Below are positions 11,129 through 20,383 of a DNA stretch of 64,000 nucleotides, piece by piece. The stretch's first letter is position 1; each line of letters starts with the position of its first letter. The notes beneath the pieces are model-generated. The model was not told the origin of the DNA and ran no database searches. It saw only the letters and a program-made list of their open reading frames with translations. Origin of the DNA: Bdellovibrionales bacterium. GTDB taxonomy: Bacteria; Bdellovibrionota; Bdellovibrionia; Bdellovibrionales; Bdellovibrionaceae. Position numbers and translations under genes: made by a program. The DNA lies in the NCBI GenBank assembly GCA_031370005.1, contig JANMPT010000077.1:64001-128000 (forward strand). The letters run 5' to 3'.

Positions 11129-12390
11129 TCAGCCCTTGCCGTTAATGCCGAAAGCTCCGCGTGTGATTCGTGGTACTCACGGTAAAGGGAAGTTCTGCGT
11201 TCTCTAAATTCGTAGAGCTTTTCAAGCGCATTCATCAAATCCGGGCCATTCTTTACTCCACGAGAATATTCACTTTGGGTAAGTTTTAAGAATTGCTCAG
11301 CCTTCTGTATATCACGATCAGCATCATGCATCAGCTCGTGAAGAAGCTTTAGATCATGTCTTAACTCGTGATCCATTGCCCGCACTTCCCTTAGCTTATG
11401 AGCTGCGCGTTTTTCACTCGCGATTGCCTCGAAGCCCTTGGCTTTCGAATCAAAGCGATTCTCGAGACCTTCGCCCAAATCCAGGGTCAACATAATGCCA
11501 AGGCTGAACTCGCGGTCTTGGCGCAACGCCGTCCCGAACTCGTCATCAAGGCTCGGAACCCCGTATTTAGAATACAGATCGAGTCTTGGGAGCCACCAAC
11601 GCGCGGCCTGTTCTTTCTTAAGTAAGTCGGTCAACTGCATCGACGTAAGTTTTTGAATTTCGAGATTTTGTTTAGGATCTTGGTCGGGGATCTCGACATC
11701 TTCGGGTGGGTGCGGGAAGTCGCCTGTAATCTGAATGTTCTCGTGTTCATCGAGACCAATAGCCACGGCGAGTTGGTTCTTAACTAAGTCTTCTTCAAGC
11801 GTAAGCTTCTTGATGTCCTGATTAAGAAGAGTTTTTTGGAGTTCAAACTCAAGCGTATCCGCATTGGTCGAAACACCTGCTCCGGCGCGACGCCGGGAGC
11901 CCTTAATGTACGTTTCGTTACTTTCCATTGTCTGCCGTTTATCAGCGAGAATTTTAGAGATTGCTAGAAGTCGCCAATAAGCTTGGCGTGCTTCTTTAAG
12001 CTCACTGTTCACTTCGCCTGCGTATTCTGCCTTGGCGCGTTTTTCGTTTGATCGTCTTATTTCATTTTCAAGGCGATCTCGTCCACCACGATAAAGATTC
12101 ACTCTACCGTGAATAGCCCAGTAGTTTTGTTTCTCTGAAGCCGTAGTTCCGGTCTTAAATTCTTCAGAACCTATTGACCCAGAAAACTGTGGAAGAAACG
12201 ACCGGGTCAAATATCCAGTTCGCTCCTTTGAAGCGCTAAGGGAAGCCTCTGCTGCTTGAACGTTTTCATTTCGCTCCTTGATGAGTTTTGGAAGTTCATC
12301 AAAAGAAACGACTCGTTCTGTTGCCCCAAGCGTTTTGAGAGCAAAGAACAAAACAATTAACGGAAGCGAGAGCAGCAGAGGTCTCATCAT
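11125..12390 (-). CDS. TolC/CzcC family outer-membrane efflux protein
   Basis: Signal peptide; two OEP repeats (FLPQFSGS..NLYRGG; WLPRLDL..YSRG); lies in the RND operon. Confidence 0.88.
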   Translation of the reverse strand: MMRPLLLSLPLIVLFFALKTLGATERVVSFDELPKLIKERNENVQAAEASLSASKERTGYLTRSFLPQFSGSIGSEEFKTGTTASEKQNYWAIHGRVNLYRGGRDRLENEIRRSNEKRAKAEYAGEVNSELKEARQAYWRLLAISKILADKRQTMESNETYIKGSRRRAGAGVSTNADTLEFELQKTLLNQDIKKLTLEEDLVKNQLAVAIGLDEHENIQITGDFPHPPEDVEIPDQDPKQNLEIQKLTSMQLTDLLKKEQAARWWLPRLDLYSKYGVPSLDDEFGTALRQDREFSLGIMLTLDLGEGLENRFDSKAKGFEAIASEKRAAHKLREVRAMDHELRHDLKLLHELMHDADRDIQKAEQFLKLTQSEYSRGVKNGPDLMNALEKLYEFRERRTSLYREYHESHAELSALTARAE

Positions 12391-12405
12391 AATTCAATTT
12401 CCCTA

Positions 12406-12858
12406 TTAGTCTAAGTTAGCAAAAGCGGCCAAAAGATCTTTGCCACCTTTTTTAAGGGTCACTTCAACGGTGTAAGGAGCGGTAGCCGATTTTGGCATTG
12501 TGCCTACGAATGCACCGTCTTTTTGTTCAAGTGTGAACTCAGATTTTGCTTTCTTGCCTTTTGCTCCCGACCAAAGCGTTCCGATTGCTTTCGCATCAAA
12601 ACCTTTCAAATCAGCAGGCTTCATTCCGCTTTCATACACGTATAAACGTGTAGTACCGTCAGCAGAGCGAACAAGCTCTGCTTTGTTCAGCGCTTGAGCG
12701 TGCGCTCCCTGACCTGCGTCAGCTTTTGATACAACACTCGCAACTACGCCGCCATACTTACCTGTATCCGAAACTTTTGGGCCGTGGCCCTCGTCATGGG
12801 CTTGCGCCGCAAGTGAAAGACCTAACGCCAAAGCAAAGGTCAAAAACATTTTTCTCAT
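12406..12858 (-). CDS. periplasmic His-motif protein (HDEGHGP..GKYGG), putative metal chaperone
   Basis: AQA signal-peptidase site followed by HDEGH; ATGA overlap with the RND stop codon. Confidence 0.65.
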   Translation of the reverse strand: MRKMFLTFALALGLSLAAQAHDEGHGPKVSDTGKYGGVVASVVSKADAGQGAHAQALNKAELVRSADGTTRLYVYESGMKPADLKGFDAKAIGTLWSGAKGKKAKSEFTLEQKDGAFVGTMPKSATAPYTVEVTLKKGGKDLLAAFANLD

Positions 12859-15800
12859 TTCCATTCTCCTTGTTGAACTGGTTGTTGTTGGGACTCTAAA
12901 TATTTTGATGCGGCTTTTTTGCCGAATTTTAAAAACACAGTTGGCGTAACGATGAGGTCCAGAAGTGTCGAGGAGATAAGTCCACCGACTATTACGACCG
13001 CTACCGGATACAAGATCTCTTTTCCTGGCTCTCCTTTTGAGAGAAGAAGTGGAATCAAAGCTAAAGCTGCTGTTGAAGCCGTCATCAGAACAGGAACAAG
13101 CCTCTCAAGGGAACCTCGAGTGACCATCTTGGCATCGAATTTTTCTCCCTCTTCCTTCATCAAATGAAGATAATGGCTCAAGAGCAGAATCCCATTTCGA
13201 CTTGCGATCCCGCAAAGAGTGATGAACGCAACGAGAGTCGCAACTGATAGGACTCTTTCGGTCAAATAGATTGCGACAATACTTCCAATGAGCGCGAGTG
13301 GAATGTTCATCATTACTTGTAAGCTCAAAACGTAAGAACGGAAGTGCAAGAATAGAACGAAGAAGATGCCAACCATTGAAAGAAGACCGAGCCAGAAAAT
13401 TCGCTTTGATGCCGTCTGTTGACTTTCAAACTGACCGCCAAGCTTGACGAAGTATCCTTCCGGCAATTTTACCTGCGCGATCTTTTCTTGAATGTCTTTT
13501 ACAGCGCTTCCTAAATCGCGTCCGTGAGTATTAGCTGAAATGACGATCCGTCGCTGCATGTCTTCTTTGTTGACCATGTTTGGACCCGTACCCTGATACA
13601 CGTTTGCAACGTCGCTTAGTCTTATACTTTGTCCTGTGGGCATAAACTTAACTATGGTTTCGCCAATCTTGTCAGGAGTGGACCTAGAAACATCGTCTAG
13701 TCTCAAGAACACATCGTGCATTCGTTGATTCTCAAGGAACTGACTTACTGCTTCTCCGTTAAGGGCCACTTCGAGGTCTTCGGCAAGTGTTCCGCTGCGG
13801 AGACCAAACTTCGACGCGCCCTCGCGATCAATTGCGATCTTCAATTGCGGTATTAAAACGAGTGGCTCGGTCTGAAGATCAACTAATCCTGAAACACCTT
13901 TGAGCGAATCTTGAATCTCTCCGCCTAGGCGCCTTAGCTCACTCAAATCAGGTCCAAATATTTTCACTGCGATCTGCGCACGCACTCCTGATAAAAGATG
14001 ATCTAGCCTGTGGCTAATGGGTTGACCGAGATTCACATACACATCGCCAGTGTTTTCAATTCGTTCTCGAATTTCTTGAAGGACAACTTGGCGCGGACGC
14101 CCACCTTCCTTGAAGTCGACATCAATCTCGTGCCAGTGAACTCCTTCGGCATGTTCATCCATCTCGGCACGACCGGTACGACGCACAGTCGATTTTGCTT
14201 CAGGCACACTCAAGATTGCTTCTTCGATCTTAATCCCGAGCTCGTCGGAAACTTTGAGAGATATTCCAGGAAACGCAGCAACACCGATTGTTGCCGTGCC
14301 TTCATTAAAGTTCGGAAGAAAGTTTCTTCCCATCAGAGGCAGCAAAGCCAATGAGCCAACCAAAAGTAGGACTGCGCCTGCAATGACAATGTTTGCTCGA
14401 GGAAGCGTCAATTTCAGAACAGACAACGCCAGTCGTTTAAGTCCTCGAACTAGCGCACCATCTTTTTCCTCGTGCACGGCCTTCGATTGCGGTAGCAAAT
14501 ATGAGCAAAGGACCGGCGTAATTGTAATCGACACCATGAGCGAGGCGATGATCGAAACAATGTAAGCCACTCCGAGTGGCACGAAGAGTCGCCCTTCAAT
14601 TCCACCCAGGGCAAAAAGTGGAATAAAGACCAATACCACGATGACAGTTGAAAGAACGATAGAGTTTCTAACTTCAGCTGATGCTTCATAAATTACGCGT
14701 AAGTATCCTTTCGGAGACCCTGCGGCCTGGTTTTCTTTAAGCCTTCTGAAAACGTTTTCAACGTCGACAATCGCATCATCAACAAGTTCACCGATAGCAA
14801 TTGCAAGACCACCCAATGTCATCGTGTTGATACTAAGGCCCATTAAATAGAAAACGATTGCAGTAACTACGAGGCTCAGTGGGATTGCGACAAGCGTAAT
14901 CGCTGTCGTTCTGAAATTCATAAGGAAGAGAAAGAGAATAATCGCAACCATAATAACGCCGTCACGGAGCGCATGAACGACGTTCGTAATCGCGGCATCA
15001 ATAAAGTGTGACTGCCTAAAAAGATCAGTTTCTAACTTCATGCCTTCGGGCAGAGTCTTTTTAATTTCGATAAGCTCTTTGTCAATCGCAGCCGTGAGAT
15101 CGACAGTGCTTGCGGAAGGCTGTTTCTGCACAGTGAGAATAACAGAGTGCTTGGCGTTGATACTTCCTTCGCCGCGTTTTGCTTTTGCGCCGATACGCAC
15201 ATCGGCTACGTCTCTCACATAGACTGGTTGACCGAAATGCAAGCCCACAAGGGAGTTCTGAATATCCTCTAGACTTGTGATCCGCCCCATTGGACGGATC
15301 AGATATTCTTTGTCGCCAACGTCAATAAATCCGCCGGTCGTGTTTTCGCTTATTTCTGCGAGCGCGTGTTTTAATTCTTCGAGTGAGATACCTCGCTTTT
15401 GAAGTTTCTCGCTCGACACGAGGATTTGGTATTGTTTAACTTCGCCACCCATGACGACGACCTGACTGATTCCAGGAATTGTCATAAGTCTTGGTCTCAA
15501 TGACCAATCTGCGAGCGTTCGCATATCCATCGGAGAAACTTTTCCCTCTGGGCTTGTGAGTCCTACGAATTGAATTTCTCCCATAATTGAAGTGACCGGT
15601 CCCATAATCGGCAACATACCCGATGGCAATCGACCTTGCAGGAGCTGAAGTCGTTCCGCTACCAACTGGCGGTTTTGGAATATCTCAGTGCCCCAGTCAA
15701 ACTCGACATAGACAATTGAAATCCCGATACCGCTACTGGAGCGAATGCGAAGCACACCGGGTGTACCGTTGAGAACGGTTTCTACCGGAAGCGTAACTAA

Positions 15801-15989
15801 GGTTTCAACTTCCTCTGGTGCAAGCCCATGCGCCTCAGTCAGTACCGTAACAGTCGGCCTGTTCAAGTTCGGAAAGACGTCGACCGGAAGCTTTGGCACA
15901 AGCCACGAACCGTAGATCGTCGTCGCAATCGCAAACACCATTATAAGGAGACGATGTCTTAATGAAAAATGTATGAGTGAATCGAGCAT
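12855..15989 (-). CDS. heavy-metal efflux RND permease (CusA/CzcA/NrsA family)
   Basis: VDVFP, GLAPEEVE, AIAIGELVDDAIVDVEN, RLVPVLMTA, GGLISST; 1044 aa. Confidence 0.95.
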   Translation of the reverse strand: MLDSLIHFSLRHRLLIMVFAIATTIYGSWLVPKLPVDVFPNLNRPTVTVLTEAHGLAPEEVETLVTLPVETVLNGTPGVLRIRSSSGIGISIVYVEFDWGTEIFQNRQLVAERLQLLQGRLPSGMLPIMGPVTSIMGEIQFVGLTSPEGKVSPMDMRTLADWSLRPRLMTIPGISQVVVMGGEVKQYQILVSSEKLQKRGISLEELKHALAEISENTTGGFIDVGDKEYLIRPMGRITSLEDIQNSLVGLHFGQPVYVRDVADVRIGAKAKRGEGSINAKHSVILTVQKQPSASTVDLTAAIDKELIEIKKTLPEGMKLETDLFRQSHFIDAAITNVVHALRDGVIMVAIILFLFLMNFRTTAITLVAIPLSLVVTAIVFYLMGLSINTMTLGGLAIAIGELVDDAIVDVENVFRRLKENQAAGSPKGYLRVIYEASAEVRNSIVLSTVIVVLVFIPLFALGGIEGRLFVPLGVAYIVSIIASLMVSITITPVLCSYLLPQSKAVHEEKDGALVRGLKRLALSVLKLTLPRANIVIAGAVLLLVGSLALLPLMGRNFLPNFNEGTATIGVAAFPGISLKVSDELGIKIEEAILSVPEAKSTVRRTGRAEMDEHAEGVHWHEIDVDFKEGGRPRQVVLQEIRERIENTGDVYVNLGQPISHRLDHLLSGVRAQIAVKIFGPDLSELRRLGGEIQDSLKGVSGLVDLQTEPLVLIPQLKIAIDREGASKFGLRSGTLAEDLEVALNGEAVSQFLENQRMHDVFLRLDDVSRSTPDKIGETIVKFMPTGQSIRLSDVANVYQGTGPNMVNKEDMQRRIVISANTHGRDLGSAVKDIQEKIAQVKLPEGYFVKLGGQFESQQTASKRIFWLGLLSMVGIFFVLFLHFRSYVLSLQVMMNIPLALIGSIVAIYLTERVLSVATLVAFITLCGIASRNGILLLSHYLHLMKEEGEKFDAKMVTRGSLERLVPVLMTASTAALALIPLLLSKGEPGKEILYPVAVVIVGGLISSTLLDLIVTPTVFLKFGKKAASKYLESQQQPVQQGEWK

Positions 15990-16087
15990 CTCGACCTTTC
16001 AAGTGACTAACTCGTAAGAAATTAGATCTGTCAGATTTTTTTACTGGAAGGCTGGGGACAGGACTCACCTATCCCGTGAGAATAGAA

Positions 16088-16465
16088 CTAAACGATAGGC
16101 GGTCGGAATATCCCGAACAGCGCGGGGCTTTTGGGAGGCGACTGATTGCTAACTGAAAATTTGATTTGCCCGTCGTCAATCCTAACGACGCTTAAAACTA
16201 CATTCGATGCCAAAAAGACTGCGTGACCACCGCCAACTAAAACTTCATGGCTATGTGACGTTCCACCATGCGGATCAGTAGAACCTTGAGGGGACTCTGT
16301 CTCTGAATTTGAAGTTTCATCGTTATGATGATGGTCATCAGAATGGGCATGGGTATGCGTGATTTTAACAATAGAAACTGCATAGTCCCACGGCACATTC
16401 GAACCAACGAATGAAATGACGTAAGAAAATAGGAGAATCAAAGTTAAGATTTTCTGCACCTCCAA
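16088..16465 (-). CDS. His-rich exported leader protein ending ...IFRPPIV (DUF2946/CzcI-like; start may be GTG 16459)
   Basis: N-terminal hydrophobic segment, THTHAHSDDHHH and SHSHE tracts, C-terminal RPP; first gene of the efflux operon. Confidence 0.65.
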   Translation of the reverse strand: MEVQKILTLILLFSYVISFVGSNVPWDYAVSIVKITHTHAHSDDHHHNDETSNSETESPQGSTDPHGGTSHSHEVLVGGGHAVFLASNVVLSVVRIDDGQIKFSVSNQSPPKSPALFGIFRPPIV

Positions 16466-16524
16466 TATTATTCAAAGAATTCCTAGCGATAACAATAAGT
16501 TTATATGCTATCAACTCTATAGCC

Positions 16525-16555
16525 GCGCTGTTCCAGTCCAGCATCCAGGCATTCA
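16525..16555 (+). repeat. degenerate copy of a tRNA 3' end (att-site relic)
   Basis: GCTG-TTCCAGTCCAGCATCCAGGCA versus tRNA-Leu GCTGGTTCAAGTCCAGTCCCGGGCA; abuts the integrase stop codon. Confidence 0.5.
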
Positions 16556-16790
16556 ATCGGAAACAATCGACTTAATCGCCGCAATGGAATCATTGGTCAG
16601 CTCGAATCCGACATAGTGCTGCTGGCAAACCGATAGCGTGTTTCCTAAAGACTGAGCTAGAAGACTCATCGAAACCCCTTTGGATAAGAGGTTGATCGCA
16701 TAGCAATGTCTTAGCGCATGAAAGGTCAGATACTTTGAGGAGTCATTTGGAAACGCAATCATGCAATATTTTTTCATCAGCTCGCGCGAC
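16553..16790 (-). pseudogene. tyrosine recombinase/integrase C-terminal remnant
   Basis: TFHALRH box II, LG and catalytic Tyr (QQHY); N-terminal region and box I are absent. Confidence 0.85.
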
Positions 16791-16811
16791 GACTCAAGTC
16801 GGTCGATACCT

Positions 16812-16941
16812 TCCAATCAATGTTAGAATCATCGGTGAAGAAATAGTTAGGAACATTCCAAACAAGACATGCAACCAGCAGATAAGAAGGCACTTTACCA
16901 GCCGAAGCGCCTCCGTCTTCCTTCATCTGAGCAGTGATGGC
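16812..16941 (-). pseudogene. internal fragment of a CD-NTase/SMODS nucleotidyltransferase (CdnE-like)
   Basis: Hand translation AITAQMKEDGGASAGKVPSYLLVACLVWNVPNYFF resembles the recalled CdnE motif PS(F/Y)LIECLVWNVP. Confidence 0.5.
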
Positions 16942-17183
16942 CTATTGGCGCTAGCCAGCATGCCATAATCAACCAATGTACATTTAACTGTGATATACTC
17001 ACTTCGTCAATCGACAGAAAACTGATAAGAAGGTTCAGGTTGAGCGACATCAGGCGGACACTAATATCAAAGATAAGAGAGAGGGAAGCCCATCAAGGAC
17101 GCCTATGGGTAAGCTCAAAGCTCGGCAGTGGAAGCGCTTTCAATTTTACGATTCCGCACCTGTCGGATCTGAAGGAATAGGTT

Positions 17184-18335
17184 ATGCTTCACGAATTTCT
17201 CTTAAAAAATGAACAAGAAATTTTAGCGATGGCTGAAAAGAAAACTCTCGCCTTGGCAGGTGTTCGCCCCAGCTCCGAGCAGCTCAAGAAGGGCCTTCCG
17301 ATTTTTTATAAACAGCTTTTGACCGTGTTGCTTCTCAATCGCGGGCATACGCCGGGTTCAGAATTGGATCAAGAAGGTATGGCGAAGGCCGCAGCAGAGA
17401 GCGATGAGCCCGCAATGGCAATGGCCGCCGGACGCCCAGACGATGCAGCCGTTGCAAAATCAGCCGGACTTCACGGTACGGAACTCCTTCGCCTTGGTTA
17501 TACCCTTTCCCATGTTGTGCATGCGTACGGTGCAATGTGCCAGTCCATTACCGAACTTGCTACAGTCAAAAACATTATCATTGCCTCCGGCGAATTCCGT
17601 GACCTCAACCTTTGTTTAGATGTCGCAATTGCCGGTGCGGTCACGGAGTATCAATCAATAAGAAATACCCAAGAAAGCAGTCGAGAGGTCGAACACCTCG
17701 GATTTTTGGCTCACGAACTTCGGAACGCAATCGGCACCGTGAAGATGTCAATTGAACTAATTAAAGTCGGCACAGTCGGTTTTGGTGGAAGTACAGGACA
17801 GGTATTGGATCGAGGTGTGAAACGCATTGAAGACCTCATCGATCGTTCGCTGACGGAGGTCCGCCTTCGCGTGGATCCATCGGTTCGCAAAGAATCTGTA
17901 TCGTTGCTACAAATTGTAAACCAACTTATGGTGACTGCGGAAATTGAGGCTCAATCAAAAAATCAAATTCTAGAAATAGATATTAATCCAACTTTAGTTG
18001 CCGAAGCAGACCAACAGCTCGTTTACTCTGCAGTATCTAATCTTATTCAAAATGCACTTAAATACACGCATCCCGGAGGGAAAATTCAGGTGCGAGGAAC
18101 TCTCACTGGAAAAAATATCGTCATTGAAGTTGAAGATGAATGCGGTGGTCTTTCGGATCGCGCATCGGATCTCTTTAAACCTTTTGAGCAGCAGCATGAA
18201 AATCGAAAAGGGCTTGGCCTAGGCCTTACCATAGCCCAAAAGGCGGTTAATCTTAACAACGGCACCATAGGTGTGCGAAACCTTCCTGGAAAAGGTTGTG
18301 TATTCACAATTACATTGCCTAAAAAATTAAGCTAA
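17184..18335 (+). CDS. soluble sensor histidine kinase with helical (RsbRD_N/globin-like) N-terminal domain
   Basis: AHELRN H box, NLIQNALKY, DECGG, GLGLGL; no TM helix. Confidence 0.88.
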   Translation: MLHEFLLKNEQEILAMAEKKTLALAGVRPSSEQLKKGLPIFYKQLLTVLLLNRGHTPGSELDQEGMAKAAAESDEPAMAMAAGRPDDAAVAKSAGLHGTELLRLGYTLSHVVHAYGAMCQSITELATVKNIIIASGEFRDLNLCLDVAIAGAVTEYQSIRNTQESSREVEHLGFLAHELRNAIGTVKMSIELIKVGTVGFGGSTGQVLDRGVKRIEDLIDRSLTEVRLRVDPSVRKESVSLLQIVNQLMVTAEIEAQSKNQILEIDINPTLVAEADQQLVYSAVSNLIQNALKYTHPGGKIQVRGTLTGKNIVIEVEDECGGLSDRASDLFKPFEQQHENRKGLGLGLTIAQKAVNLNNGTIGVRNLPGKGCVFTITLPKKLS

Positions 18336-18594
18336 CCAGAGGCAAAGAAAAGTTTCTAACCACCGATTGAATATAAATTATATGTAGAAGCCTGGTATCC
18401 ACCGACAACCGCTCTAGCTTCTTGCGCTCCTGGGCTTTGCAACAAATATATAAGGCCTGGGCCAACAGTGCAGTTTATACTGTTAATTCACATGACAATT
18501 CGCAAAAATATGTTCCACGTATACTAAGCGACTTGCCTCCAGCGCCAATGCCAACCAAAATGCCGATAGAAATATCGACGGTGGGTGAGCGTAT

Positions 18595-19860
18595 ATGAAG
18601 ATCATTAAGCTAGTTCTCTCAATCACTATTTGCATTACTTCTTTGGCTTTAACCCAGCAAATCATCACTGTCTCCATCGCCAATCAACGCTACAAGCAAG
18701 ACGCTGCCGAGATCAATCATATCAAATACGGTCTTTTTAGTGTGAATCAGTGGAAAGAAAAAATTTCACAAATTGTGATCAGCGAGATCAATAAGCTGAA
18801 GCTCACCAACGCCAATGAACAGCAATTAAAAAAGCACATTGAAGCTCAGCTTGACGTTCTCATCGACAAAGTCGATGAGAACATCAAGGAAGCCAACAAA
18901 GGCTCTGTCAAAGGACACGTGAAGCAGTTCTTTTTTAACTCCTTTATTGATATCAAAAAGATCAAAGAAGGTATTCCTGATTATGCCGAAGCCATGATGG
19001 AAGAGATGAAAAAAACCAAGACTCAGAAACAAATCAAAGGCATGGTGAAACAAAAGGTCGAACAGTATTTAGATAAAACGTATGAGGATCAGGATCTATC
19101 AAAAGTAAATCGCATCATTGAAAGGACTGGCACCACCGACATTGATCTTGCCCGCGCCAAGCTCCATGAAGAGATCAAATCCAATCAGCTCTATATTTTC
19201 AGACTCAGTGCGATCCTGATTGCTTTAGCGGTGATCCTCTTTGCGATGTCAGGATTTAGCGAGGCGCCCTTGCCTGCGCCACAATTTATTTTAATGCTAG
19301 TGATGCTGCTCGCATTGCTATTGTCTGGAGTCACAACGCCAATGATTGACCTTGAGGCGAAGATTTCAAAGATGAGCCTCGTACTTTTAGATCACCATCT
19401 TGTTTTCGAAAATCAGGTTTTGTATTTCCAAAGTAAAAGTATCATGGATGTCTTTGAAATTATGATCCATCACAAGGACCTCGAAATGAAGGCTGTAGGA
19501 ATTCTGATGGTCATGTTCAGCATCGCATTTCCCCTGCTTAAAATACTTTCTTGTCTTGGCTATTACTATAGCAACAAAGCGCGCGAAAATAAGTTGATTC
19601 AGTTTTTTGTCTTAAAGTCGGGAAAATGGTCAATGGCCGACGTGCTTGTCATTGCTATATTTATGGCTTACATCGGATTTAACGGAATCATTTCAAATCA
19701 GTTTGATAAGTTCAGTTCAGTCAGTGATAACCTGGAGCTTTTAACCACCAATGGGACTTCACTGCAGCCGGGCTTCTATATCTTCTTCACTTATGCTGTT
19801 TTAGCCCTTTTCTTGTCGGGATTCTTAGCCAAGAGAAATACCAAATCTGAATCAAAGTAA
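18595..19860 (+). CDS. paraquat-inducible protein A (PqiA) domain membrane protein with N-terminal coiled-coil extension
   Basis: FSIAFPLLK and GKWSMADV motifs, plus PGFYIF. Confidence 0.8.
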   Translation: MKIIKLVLSITICITSLALTQQIITVSIANQRYKQDAAEINHIKYGLFSVNQWKEKISQIVISEINKLKLTNANEQQLKKHIEAQLDVLIDKVDENIKEANKGSVKGHVKQFFFNSFIDIKKIKEGIPDYAEAMMEEMKKTKTQKQIKGMVKQKVEQYLDKTYEDQDLSKVNRIIERTGTTDIDLARAKLHEEIKSNQLYIFRLSAILIALAVILFAMSGFSEAPLPAPQFILMLVMLLALLLSGVTTPMIDLEAKISKMSLVLLDHHLVFENQVLYFQSKSIMDVFEIMIHHKDLEMKAVGILMVMFSIAFPLLKILSCLGYYYSNKARENKLIQFFVLKSGKWSMADVLVIAIFMAYIGFNGIISNQFDKFSSVSDNLELLTTNGTSLQPGFYIFFTYAVLALFLSGFLAKRNTKSESK

Positions 19861-19879
19861 TGCTCGCCAAATAAACTAT

Positions 19880-20058
19880 TTACCAGGGTATTTCCCTTCC
19901 CGTAAAATCAAAAAATTTTCCAGTGTAGGACTTGCCTTGTTTTCCCGCGTTATCAATTAGTTTCCAGATCCCGGCTGCCGAATCTTTAGGTTCAACAAGT
20001 GCGGAAGCTCCGCCCATGTCTGTCTTAACCCAGCCCGGGTGAACCACGAAGGTCGAAA
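19880..20058 (-). pseudogene. C-terminal remnant of a CsgA-like short-chain dehydrogenase
   Basis: HPGWVKTDMGG...GKFFDFTGREIPW; Rossmann and YxxxK parts are absent. Confidence 0.8.
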
Positions 20059-20080
20059 GCCAAGCGATTAATCTTGTTAA

Positions 20081-20118
20081 AATACCGTATTGCGGTTTTG
20101 CCGTAATTCGGTTATATT
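20081..20118 (+). promoter_or_regulatory. sigma70 promoter with overlapping 8-bp-periodic operator for the TA operon
   Basis: TTGCGG(20090)-17 bp-TATATT(20113); units ACCGTA/GCGGTT/GCCGTA/TCGGTT at 8-bp period. Confidence 0.65.
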
Positions 20119-20143
20119 GATTGTACTTGAAGGGAGTCCTTTT

Positions 20144-20383
20144 ATGGGAGCCAAAAGAAAAGCCACATTCTATGTCGATGAATCCGTTCACAAAGCTTTA
20201 AGACTTAAAGCCGCAAATGACGATGTTTCCCCTTCTGATCTTTTGAATCAGCTCTTGGCTGTAGATTTGGCGGAGTATCTGGAAGACCTCGAGGACGTAG
20301 CCGCCGTTAACGCCCGTCAAAAGGAACGAGGCAAAGGCATTCCTCTTGAACAATTCGTAAAAAAGCTGAGAAAGAATGGCTAA
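20144..20383 (+). CDS. CopG/ribbon-helix-helix antitoxin
   Basis: KATFYVDESVHKALRLKAA RHH; acidic EDLED..IPLEQ tail; SD GGGAG; overlaps the toxin gene. Confidence 0.85.
   Translation: MGAKRKATFYVDESVHKALRLKAANDDVSPSDLLNQLLAVDLAEYLEDLEDVAAVNARQKERGKGIPLEQFVKKLRKNG

Noticed and set aside
17040..17183. Short hairpins upstream of the soluble kinase as a riboswitch or sRNA
   Set aside because: Only short stems; no recognisable aptamer or terminator
19880..20191. 103-aa ORF as an intact gene
   Set aside because: Only the last ~58 codons are SDR-like; the rest is antisense to the TA promoter and antitoxin
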